Positions 41,640 through 53,509 of a stretch of 64,000 bases of DNA are shown piece by piece. The notes beneath the pieces are model-generated. The model was not told the DNA's origin. It made no database searches and worked only from the letters and a program-made list of their open reading frames with translations. The translations under genes and the position numbers were made by a program. Numbering within the stretch: position 1 is the first letter of the stretch; every line of letters begins with the position of its first letter. The DNA is taken from contig CP068257.2 of NCBI GenBank assembly GCA_009914755.4, positions 21,664,001-21,728,000 on the forward strand, read 5' to 3'. The stretch comes from the human T2T-CHM13v2.0 reference genome, Homo sapiens.

Positions 41640-42735
41640 ACACATATATAATATAAATATATATTTATAATTATATAAATATATAACATATTTATAATTA
41701 TATGAATATATAACATATTTATAATTATAGGAATATATAACATATTTATAATTATAGAAATATATAGCATATTTATAATTATAGAAATATATAACATATT
41801 TATAATTATAGAAATATATAGCATATTTATAATTATAGAAATATATAACATATTTATAATTATAGAAATATATAACATATTTATAATTATAGAAATATAT
41901 AACATATTTATAATTATAGAAATATATAGCATATTTATAATTATAGAAATATATAACATATTTATAATTATAGAAATATATAGCATATTTATAATTATAG
42001 AAATATATAACATATTTATAATTATAGAAATATATAACATATTTATAATTATAGAAATATATAACATATTTATAATTATAGAAATATATAATATATTTAT
42101 AATTATAGAAATATATCTAATATATATTTATAATTATAGAAATATATCTAATATATATTTATAATTATAGAAATATATCTAATATATATTTATAATTATA
42201 TGAATATATCATATATATTTATAATTATATGAATATATCTAATATATATTTATAATTATATGAATATATCTAATATATATTTATAATTATATGAATATAT
42301 CTAATATATATTTATAATTATATGAATATATCTAATATATATTTATAGTTATATGAATATATCTAATATATATTTATAGTTATATGAATATATCTAATAT
42401 ATATTTGTAGTTATATGAATATATCTAATATATATTTGTAGTTATATGAATATATCTAATATATATTTGTAGTTATATGAATATATCTAATATATATTTG
42501 TAGTTATATGAATATATCTAATATATATTTGTAGTTATATGAATATATCTAATATATATTTGTAGTTATATGAATATATCTAATATATATTTATAGTTAT
42601 ATGAATATATCTAATATATATTTATAGTTATATGAATATATCTAATATATATTTATAGTTATATGAATATATCTAATATACATATAATTTAAATATATAA
42701 TACATATAATTATATAAATATATATAATATATATA
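41640..42735. repeat. Compound AT-rich minisatellite (VNTR) of about 1.1 kb. It has about 16 units of a 27-bp repeat followed by about 19 units of a 31-bp repeat, with several sub-variants.
   Basis: The 27-bp unit is 'tataattatagaaatatata(a/g)catattta', with variant copies carrying 'tatataaatatataacatattta', 'tatgaatatataacatattta' and 'taggaatatataacatattta'. It switches at about 42095 to a 31-bp unit 'ttataattatagaaatatatctaatatatat'. Later variants are 'ttataattatatgaatatatctaatatatat', 'ttatagttatatgaatatatctaatatatat' and 'ttgtagttatatgaatatatctaatatatat'. The 167-aa ORF at 41564-42067, a reiterated 'MLYISIIIN' in which 9 aa equals 27 nt, is a translation artefact of this array. Confidence 0.95.
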
Positions 42736-43017
42736 TTTTTTGAGACAGAGTCTCACTCTGTCACTAGGCTGGAGTGTAGTGGTGATCTCGGCTCACTGCA
42801 ACCTCTGCCTCCCAGGTTCAAGTGATTCTCCTGCCTCAGCCTCCTGAGTAGCTGGGACTACAGCCTCACGCCACAATGCCCAGCTAATTTTTGTATTTTT
42901 ACTAGAGATGGGGTTTCACCATGTTGGCCAGGATGGTCTCTATCTCTTGACCTCGTGATCCACCCGCCTTGGCCTCCCAAAGTGCTGGGATTACAGGTGT
43001 GAGACACCACGCCTGGC
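42736..43017 (-). mobile_element. Alu, antisense. Its T-rich, tail-side end directly abuts the AT-rich minisatellite.
   Basis: 'ttttttgagacagagtctcactctgtcactaggctggagtgtagtggtgatctcggctcactgcaacctctgcctcccaggttcaagtgattctcctgcctcagcctcctgagtagctgggactacagcctcacgccacaatgcccagctaatttttgtatttttactagagatggggtttcaccatgttggccaggatggtctctatctcttgacctcgtgatccacccgccttggcctcccaaagtgctgggattacaggtgtgagacaccacgcctggc'. Confidence 0.9.
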
Positions 43018-43282
43018 TGGTTTACATATTTTGACCAGTTAGCTGTCCCATTATGTGAACACAACACTGGTGATGGCCATGTGGACTGAGGACATGAAAG
43101 TTCATACAAATGGGGAGTTCTGTGTTAGAAATAACACTAAAAGCATAGGCAACAAAAGGTAAAACATAGATGAATTGGACTTTATCAGACTTTCATGTTT
43201 CAAAAAACACTATCAAGAAGGTGAAAAGACAACCTATACAATAGAATAAAATATTTGTAAATCATATTAGACTCATATATGC

Positions 43283-43392
43283 ACTTTGGGAGAGAGAACC
43301 AGGCAGGAAGGCTGCTTGAGGCCAGGAGTTAAGAGACCATCCTGGGCAGCATAGTGAGACCCCGTCTCTAAAAAAAAAAATAAAAATAAAAT
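43283..43392 (+). mobile_element. Alu left-monomer / FLAM-like fragment with an A-rich tail
   Basis: 'gcactttgggagagagaaccaggcaggaaggctgcttgaggccaggagttaagagaccatcctgggcagcatagtgagaccccgtctctaaaaaaaaaaataaaaataaaatgaaaaa'. Confidence 0.7.
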
Positions 43393-45984
43393 GAAAAATT
43401 TTAAAAACCACATTGTCATTTAGTGACTTAATATGACAAATGTATGCTTATTTGTTTTGTAGCACTCCTTTTCATTTTCAATTATACCCTCTCATTAATG
43501 TTAAATTGTATTATTACCTAACTTAATAATTAAGACTGAAGTTATGCACACTTATTGGCAATTAATATTGTATATCAAGCCACAGGTGTGCTTGGAAAAA
43601 TATATATTGCTTTCAAATTCATAAGTAATACGTCTTATATTTTCAGGTCCTCTAGTTTTAGCTTACACTTTTATTGTTGAACATGTGTCAACAAATACCT
43701 AGTAAGAATATACTTAAATTTTCTAGTTATCCAATTTTGAAATTATTGTTTATTTCATCTCATTACTCTAAATATAGAGTAAAAACAAAATACATAGCGT
43801 CGCATTGAACAGTTCTAAGAAATAACTATCATTTTGATTTGCTTCTTTTTTTTCCCTTAGGATAAAACAAAAAGGACAATTTATATCTTGAATTGCCCTC
43901 AAAATAATCTTAATCTGAGAAGTAAAATGATTAAATGTTTAAAGAAAAACAAAAAGTATTATACAGAATATTTAATCTGACTTGATAAACACTATGAAGA
44001 ACATTCATATACTTCAATAAGTAATGCTTATTTATTTGGAGCATAAAAAATAATCAGTGATATTAGTACGAGAATTTCAATGGACACCAAAAATCTGACA
44101 AAATGTTTATCCTCTTTTGTGAGGTAAACAACCAAATGTATTTTAAGAATCTGAGAAAAAGGAATGGAACCTGTGTAAATGGCTTATGAATTGGTCTTGT
44201 ACATTAAATGCCACCCAATTGCTTGCACTGCTCATTCCAAAGGCATTGAAGAGTTTCATTCCTATCAGAAATAATAGAAGTTGGTGTAGCCAGGGAGGAA
44301 AATGAAACCCCAGATGACTGAGTCGGCTGCAGAATGAAAGTTACAATCTGATTCTTCTTATTGTTTTCCTAGAAAGAAATTGGTACAGGTCACTGGCATA
44401 CTAGAAATTTCTAGAAAAGGTTGGATATTTGGAGTGAAAATATATAAATGAGTGCAACTCATGATTATTTGGAGAGGAAAATAAACTATTATAAAAAATT
44501 ACAATTAAATCCACATTATACATATCACAGCCTTATATTTTTGGTTCTTTATTCTTAAGCTCCATACATAAAATGTTTTAAGATGCAGAAATAATTATTA
44601 CATTACTTTTTATTTAATTACATATTGTTTTTCAATAAGATACAAATATAATCCTATTTTTGTTATCAAGATATTTAAAATGTGTTTTTTGTTTTGCTTT
44701 TTAGTTTCCTCCTCTGACAAAATTAAACACTGTGGGGAAAGAAGCAGTTATTCTCCATTTTTCCCTTGTGCTTAGATATGGTGCTGGGCATATATTTCTT
44801 TCCAGTTAATAGGATGAGAAAATGTTATGGCAGTGACAACTTTTTATTTTGTGACCAAAAATTACCTACCAACAGAAAGCTATACTGTGTCCCTAAATTA
44901 TAATTTATTTGAGGAATAGGAAGATGTTGGTATGAAGAGAAATTCTAATTAGTGAATGTAATTGAATGTGATTAATCTATATTAATTTCAGCATCCAGAA
45001 TAAGCCATTGTTTAATTAACTTCTTATACATATAAGTTAAATTTTATTACATTAATTGTAATTACAAAAATATACATGTAAATAACTACATAGGAATAAA
45101 TCGCAATCAAAACAAAGTTTTTTTTTCAAAAATTTCTTTTATGAGTCACAGAAAGTCAAGACAAGCCAGTAGGATTTAAAGAAAGTCTCATGTTGAAATT
45201 TTTATAAATTGACATACAGAAAGGTTGTGTCTCATCACTGGTATGCTAGTAAAATTTAACTGTCTTTCTGAGGAAACAAAACCTATTATTGTAATATTTG
45301 CTGATTTTGTGATACAACTATTTCCACTGTTGACAATTTCAAACTCTCAAGATGGCACCACTGATAAGGGAGTTGGGAAATAATGTCCATGGTGGTCTTT
45401 TGTAAGCCAATGCACGCCAGTAGCTCCAGCACGCCTTGTTACTGATGATTATTTTATTATGATGAAATGATAACAATTGATTCAATTAGGGATTAGCTAC
45501 ATAGAGTTGTTAAATACAAGATAACCACAAAGTAGAATAAGAATAAATCTCTGATGACCCAAGCATAACGCTAATACATAGAAAATCAGAAACACAGTAT
45601 CAATGTTAATTAATTCCAAAGATCACTCAGAAAACAAAGTGTCACTCACAGGCTTTGATTCCCAATTATATACAGATAATTGGAGCTCAGTGTACAATTA
45701 TATGTAAAGTTGGGTACAACAATTAAATAGTCGGCTGTGTAAAAATAAAATACATCATCAAAATTAACTGAAGATTAGTTAGAAAAATAAGTATATTAAC
45801 AGAGTTTGAAAACACTAAACAAGCTACAGAAATTCTCTCTCAAAAATGGTCAATGCTTTTAAAATTATAAAAAATAGATTATTAAGTTTCAAAATGTAGA
45901 AATGAATTACTGCCATGATCTTTCATTATCTGACCCTTTCCTTCCTGTCCAGACTCTCCCCTAGCAGACTCCCTTACGACACCT

Positions 45985-46095
45985 CTAGCCATGTACCCTC
46001 TTGGCTCTGCCATATACCCTCCTGGCTCATCTTATAATGTGTCAAATTCTGCTCTGCCATGTACCCTCTTGGCTCTTCTTACAATGTGTTGACTT
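45985..46095. repeat. Short tandem duplication of a unit of about 45 bp, roughly 2.3 copies
   Basis: 'ctagccatgtaccctcttggctctgccatataccctcctggctcatcttataatgtgtcaaattctgctctgccatgtaccctcttggctcttcttacaatgtgttgacttcc'. Confidence 0.6.
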
Positions 46096-47575
46096 CCTTT
46101 GAATTTCAGCAATTTGAGCCTTCTTGCAGTTGTTACCAAAATACCAGGAGTTCAGTCTAGGTCCTGCTGTTCACTGCACAGAAAACCAATGACTGAGAGG
46201 ATGAGCATTGCCAAAAAAGAAGGCTTTAATCAGGTGATGCAGCTGAGGAGATGAGAGATCAGTCTCGAACCCATCTTCCTGACTGAATACAATTAGGGGT
46301 TTATATAGCAGGGAAGAAATGTAACTGTGTGGGGAACGCAGGGAGGATAAGGAACAATCATGATGAATGAGGGTCCTGGCATCTCATCATCTGAATGCAA
46401 TAATCTGGTTAGTTTCAGGTTTTTGTATACTTTTTTAGAGGCCTTTGGGATCCTTTCCTGGGGAAGGAACTCAGATAAAACAAACGTAAGTTTCAAGCTT
46501 AAAGCCCAGAAGGGTCAATTTCTATGTTCATCCAACAGAAATGTGTATGAAAAAACTGGGTGGGTTTAATAGTGTTTTGGTATCCACACTTCTATCATTG
46601 AGACACTATTCACCTTCTCTTACACCTCACCTATATTAATGTACTCCAAAGCACTTATTTTTCTGAAATTGTATTATTTACTTTTTGGGCAGATATTCAT
46701 AATGTGTCTCACTTAATAATCGTAAGTTCCATGAAAGCAAGTGAATTAGTTTTTATTACTCTTATTATTATTGTTGTTGTGTAAGGAACTATTACAAACA
46801 GTGGCTTAGAACAATGAAAATTTATTATCTCAGTTTCCTTGAGTAGGGATTCTGGGCAGGGTTCTCTGCTTATAGTCTCAACCAAGCTAAAATAAAAATG
46901 TCAGCCGAGCTATGATCTCATCAGAGAGTCTCAGCATTCAGTTCTAAGCTCACTGTGTTTTAGCAGAATCCACTTCCTTATGTTAGTGAATGAACCAAAC
47001 ATAGGTCGGCCTCCGTGGTCCAGCAAAGCGAAATACTGACATCCAAACTGCACCACAACAATCAGGCATTTATTGCAGGGCACCAAGCAAGGACAATCAG
47101 GCAGCTCATGTTTAAGACCCAGACTCCCGGCTGGCTTACAAGAAAGGGTTTTCAAAGCCGGGGGAAATTTTCAGGAGTGCAGAAGTTACAGTCTAAATTA
47201 ATACACGGAGTTTATACATTGGTTTGGCCTAAGAAAAGGTGTGACATATTGAAGCAGAAGCTTACAGGTCTTAGGCAAATTTGAAGATTTTCTGATTTGC
47301 AATTGGTTAAGGAAAAGAAGCTTTGTTTAAAAATTTGGGGTCAGCAGAAAAAGGGTTAGCTCTGGCTTGTGGATGTGACTTCCTCCAGGCCCCTCAGGAA
47401 GAACAGTAGAAAAAAGAATTGTGATCAGAGCTCAATCCTCAGTTCTCCCTTATCTGAGGTCTACATGTCAACAGGTCTTTTTGTTGGGGGTCCAGGTTTC
47501 TGAAAAACAATTCAAGGGCATATGTTAAGATATTATCTTTAGTTTCTATAAGGAAATAACCTCCCACGATTCTAA

Positions 47576-47957
<382 letters not shown>

Positions 47958-48883
47958 TAGATGCCTGGAATTTCCCTTGATGGAACTAAAGATTTTTCTT
48001 TATTTTCATGCTGGGGGGACTGCAGCCCTCTAAGACAGTTTTTTGCTCCATATCACTTGCAGTTAAAGGACAGTGGTTCCTGGTTTCTCATTAGTTGTCA
48101 ACTGGAGCCATACTCAGATCCTGGAGCCCACTCACCATTCTATGCAACAAGGCGCTCTCCAGAGGTGGGATTTTGCTTCAAGGCCAGGTGGATACTCTCT
48201 GTAGTCTGCTAATACAGAATCTTATACAGTCATGCATTGCTTAACTTAATGATGAGGATATGGTCTGAGAAATGCATTGTTAGGTGATTTTATAATGCAA
48301 ACATTGTAGAGTATACTCAAACAAATTTAGATGGGCTAACATACTATGCACCTAGGCTATATGGTAAAGCTTATTGCTTGTAAGTTACTGTATTAAATAC
48401 CGTTACTGTATTGAATACTGCAGACAATTGTAACACCGTGGTAAGTATTTGTATATCTAAACACAGAAAAGGTACAATAAAGTTATGGTATTATAATCTT
48501 AAAAGACCACCATTGTATATGTGGTCAATGGTTGACCAAAACGTTGCTATGCCATGCATGACTGTACAAGGTAATGTAATCATTGAATTGACCATCTGTA
48601 ATATAATTAAAATATATTTGCTTTGTCTCTGATTCCTGGCAAAGAGATCCTAAAACCCTTGGAATTTCCTGAGTGAGAACAGTATGTTTTGCATGTTAAT
48701 GAGATGACTCTTTGAAATAAGGGCTAGATAACTTCAGGATGGGGGCTGGAGTCATCAGTTCAAGAATGTGAAAAACCAACCCAGAGATTAGAGGGTTAGA
48801 AATTGTTTTCTTTTTGTTTTGTTTTGTTCTCTTCTCGCTCTCTCTTTTTTTTATATACATATATTTTTATTTTTTAGTCAAAT

Positions 48884-49186
48884 GGAGTCTCTCTCTGTTT
48901 TCCAGGCAGGAGTGCAATGCTGCAATCATAGCTCACTGTAGCTTCAAACTTCTCAGCTCAAGTGATCCTCTTACCTCAGCCCCCTAAGTAGCTGAGACTA
49001 CAGGGGCACACTCAGCTAATTTCTGTATTCTTCTTTTTCTTTCTTTCTTTCTTTTTTTTTTTTTTTTGAGATGAGGTTTCACTATGTTGTCAGACTGGAC
49101 TTGAACTCCTAGTAACCACAAGTGATACTTCCACCTCAGCTTCCTGAGTCTCTAGGATTATAGGCATGAGCCAGGGCACCAAGCTC
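48884..49186 (-). mobile_element. Old Alu (AluJ-like), antisense, with an expanded (TTTC)n/T-rich tract in the inter-monomer linker
   Basis: 'ggagtctctctctgttttccaggcaggagtgcaatgctgcaatcatagctcactgtagcttcaaacttctcagctcaagtgatcctcttacctcagccccctaagtagctgagactacaggggcacactcagctaatttctgtattcttctttttctttctttctttcttttttttttttttttgagatgaggtttcactatgttgtcagactggacttgaactcctagtaaccacaagtgatacttccacctcagcttcctgagtctctaggattataggcatgagccagggcacc'. Confidence 0.8.
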
Positions 49187-50017
49187 AAGGGTTAGATTAT
49201 ACCTACTTGAAACTATGAAACTTGTCATGAAACCACGAAAAAAAACAAAAACAAAACTCTAAATAGAAAGATTTGGGTAAGCATGCAGGTTGGTGAACAC
49301 ATTTACCTGCTGGGAGTCTGACACACTCCAGCTACCCTGGGGAGTGAAGCTTCTGTGTGCTCAGGACCCTTCTGGATGTCACCTTATGTACCACATTATT
49401 AGTTTGTTTATTTGCATCTTTTAGAGTAAAGCTGTAATTATTATAGTGCCTTTCTAAGTTTTGTGTGTTAATCAAACAAATTGTCAAATCTGAGTTCAGG
49501 TTTTGAAAACACCCAAATTTGCAGTAGGCCTGGAAGAAGTACGGGTTCCTTGGAATTCCTACTTGCCGCATCTAAGCTGTTGGAAGTCTTGTGGAACTGA
49601 GCTTTTAACTAGTAGGGTCTATGCTAACTCTGGGTAGTTAATGGCAGAATTGAATTCCATTGTAATATACTCGATTTATGTCAACATTTGGAAAAGTGGA
49701 TGTTATATGAGAAAACCAAGCACAGTCTCATCACTTTTGCTATATAAAGTAACCAAATCAAAGGGGTGAATATTCTTTCATGTCTTTGGGTCTCACCCAC
49801 AGCTTATGGGAATTTGATTTTACCGAGCTTATACAACAGATTGAGGGGTAGCATAAAAACTACCTTAGAGTTCTTCCAACCACAGCAATGATGTCAGGTA
49901 CCTAGTGTCTAAAATAATACTTGACATATGTCCAGTATTGATTTGCTTCTTGACAGTTAAGTTTTTTCATTGGGTTTACTGTGTATACAAGCTAAAAACT
50001 TATTTCAAAAGATTTAA

Positions 50018-50821
<804 letters not shown>

Positions 50822-50974
50822 CTATCACCGCACCTGGGTAATTTTTGTATTTTTAGTAGAGATGCACTTTCACCACGCTGGCCAGGCTGTTCTCGAATTC
50901 CTGACCTCAAGTGATCCACCCACCTCGGTCTCCCAAAGTTCTGGGATTATAAGCATGAGCCACCATGCCTGGCC
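50822..50974 (-). mobile_element. Right part of the split antisense Alu (reverse-complemented Alu 5' region)
   Basis: 'atcaccgcacctgggtaatttttgtatttttagtagagatgcactttcaccacgctggccaggctgttctcgaattcctgacctcaagtgatccacccacctcggtctcccaaagttctgggattataagcatgagccaccatgcctggcc'. The candidate TSD for the whole Alu is 'aatatcca' and 'aatgtcca'. Confidence 0.85.
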
Positions 50975-51182
50975 AATGTCCATGTTTAGATTGATAAAGT
51001 CCTTCCTCTATGTCACATTTTAGACGTTGGTTCTATAAAGGTGATAAAAGAATCATCTAGCTGTTTATGAAATCATTTTGGAATTTTATAGTTGAGAAAT
51101 GCTTTGTTTCTATAAGCTGTCAACTTGTAAACATAAGGACCAGAAAATATCATGGATAAATTTCAAATGCCTATTTTCTGTA

Positions 51183-53509
51183 TGTATTAGTTTGTTCTCA
51201 CACTTTCAATAACGACATACCAGAGACTGGATAATTTATAAAGGAAAGGTTTAATTGACTCAGAGTTCAGCATGGCTGAGGAAGCCTCAGGAAACTTACA
51301 CTCATGGCAGAAAGGGAAGCAAACATGTCCTTCTTCACATGGTGGCAGGAGAGAGAAGAATGAGTGCCCAGTGAAGGGGGAAGCCCCTTATAAAACCATC
51401 AGATCTCGTGAGAACTTACTATCATGAGAACAGAATGGGGGAAACTGCCTCCATGATTCAATTATTTCAATCTGGTCCTCCCACAAAATGTGGAGAAAAT
51501 GGGAACTACAGTTCCAGGTGAGATTTGGGTGGGGACACAGCCAAACCATATAATTCTGCCCTGGACATGCCCAAATCTCATGTCCTCACATTTCAAAAGA
51601 TAATTTCACCCTTCTAACACTCCCCCAACGTCTTAACTCATTCCAGCATTAACTCAGAAGTCCAAATCCAAAATTTCATCTGAGACAGAGCAAGTCCCTT
51701 CTTCCTATGAGCTTGCAAAATCAAAAGCAAGTTAGTTACTTTCTAGATACAATGAGGGTACAGGCATTTGGTAAATACACCCATCCCAAATGGGAGAAGT
51801 TGGTCAAAACAAAGGGGCTACAGGACCCATAAAGTTCCAAAATCCAATAGGGCAGTCATTAACCATTAAAGGTCAAAATGATCTCCTTTGACACTATGTC
51901 TCACATCTAAGGCATGCTGATGCAAGAGGTGGGCTCCCACAGCCTTGGGCTGTTCTGCTTCTGTGGCTTTGCAGGGTCCAGCACCACTCCAGGCTGCTTT
52001 CATAGCTGACATTGAGTGTCAGCAGCTTTTTGAGGTGCATGGTGAGAGCTGTCAGTTGATCTACCATTCTGGGGTCTAAAAGACGGTGGCCCTCTTCTCA
52101 CAGCTCCACTAGGCGTTCCTCACTGGGGAAACTTTATGGGGACTCCAACCTAACATTTCCCTTCCACACTGCCCTGGCAGAGGTTCTCCATGGGGGCCCT
52201 GTACCTGCAGCAAATCTCTGCCTGAACATCCAGGCATTTCCATATATCCTCTGAAATCTAGGCAGAGGTTCCCAAATCTCAATTCTTGTATTCTGCACAC
52301 CCACAGGCTCAATAACATGTGGAAGCTGCCAAGGATTGGAGCTTGCACCCTCTGAAGTAACAGCCTGAGCTGTACCTTGGCCCCTTTTAGCCATGACTGG
52401 AGCTGAAGCAGCGGGGGTGCAGGGCACCATATCCTGAGGCTGCATAGAGAAGAGAGCCCTCCAAAACAGTTTTCTCTCCTAGGCCTTTGGGCCTGTGATG
52501 GAGGGACTGCCATGAAGGTCTCTTACACACCCTGGAAACATTTTCCCCATTGTCTTGGTGATTAATATTTGACTCCTAAGTATTTATGCAGATTTCTGCA
52601 GCAGGCTTGAATTTCTGTCAAGAAAAAATGGGTTTTTCTTTTCTATTACATTGTCAGGCTGCAACTTTTTCAAACTCTTATGCTCTGCTTTCTCTTGAAC
52701 ACTTTGCTGCTTAGAAACTTATTCCACCAGATACCCCAAATCATCTCTCTCAAGTTTAAAGTTCCACAGATCTCTGGGGCAAGGGCAAAATGCTGTCAGT
52801 CCCTTTGCATAGCAAGAGTGACTTTTACTCCAGTTCCCCACAAGTTCCCCATCTCCATCTGAGACTGCCTCAGCCTGGATTTCATTGCCCGTATCACTAT
52901 CAGCGTTTTGGTCAAAGCCATTCAACAAGTTTCTAGGAAATTCCAAAGTTTCCCACATCTTCCTGTCTTCTGAGCCCTCCAAGTCTCTGGGAATTTCCAT
53001 ACTTCCCCACATATTCCTGTCTTTTTCTGAGGCCTCCAAACTGTTCCAGCCTCTGCCCGTTACCCAGTTCCAAATTTACCTCCACATTTTTGAGTATCTT
53101 TATAGTAGCACCCCATTCTTGGTAACAATGTACTGTATTAGGCCATTCTCTTGGTGCTTAAAAACATACTTGAGACTGGGCAATTTATAAAGGGTAGAAG
53201 TTTAATTGACTCACACTTCCACATGGTTAGGGAAGCCACAGGAAACTTACAATTATGGTGGATGGGGAAACAAACATGTCCTTCTTCACATGGTGGCAGG
53301 AGAGAGAAGAATGAGTACCCAGTGAAGCAGGAAGCCCCTTATAAAGCCATCAGGTCTCATGAGAACTAACTCACTATCATGAGAACAGGATGGGGAAAAC
53401 TGCTCTGATTATTTAATTATTTTCACCTGGTCCCTCCCATAACACGTGGGGATAATAGGAACCATAACTCAAGATGAGATTTGGGTGGGGACACAGCCAA
53501 ACCATATCA
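51183..53509 (-). mobile_element. Full-length THE1/MST-type MaLR retroelement in antisense orientation (3' LTR, internal region, 5' LTR as read on the + strand)
   Basis: It starts on the + strand with 'tgtattagtttgttctcacac...', the reverse complement of the LTR 3' end '...ggactaataca'. It ends 'ggtggggacacagccaaaccatatca', the reverse complement of 'tgatatggtttggctgtgtccccacc'. The internal part reads the reverse complement of THE1-int, for example 'ctggacatgcccaaatctcatgtcctcacatttcaaaagataatttcacccttctaacactcccccaacgtcttaactcattccagcattaactcagaagtccaaatccaaaatttcatctgagacagagcaagtcccttcttcctatgagcttgcaaaatcaaaagcaagttagttac'. LTR-like blocks lie at about 51183-51553 and 53130-53509. The flanks 'ctgta|' and '|ctata' are a plausible degenerate 5-bp TSD. 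The ORFs at 52109-52513, 52134-52445, 52719-53039, 52885-53190 and 53151-53369 are remnants of the element's internal region and 5' LTR. Confidence 0.85.

Noticed and set aside
41564-42067. 167-aa ORF with the reiterated peptide 'MLYISIIIN' x13, a superficially striking repeat protein
   Set aside because: It is a direct translation of the 27-bp AT-rich minisatellite unit. There is no start context and the ORF is AT-rich nonsense. It is an artefact of the tandem repeat.
41640-42735. Regular repeats of about 30 bp that could superficially resemble a CRISPR array
   Set aside because: The units are contiguous with no unique spacers, extremely AT-rich, and sit in primate DNA next to an Alu. This is a eukaryotic minisatellite, not CRISPR.
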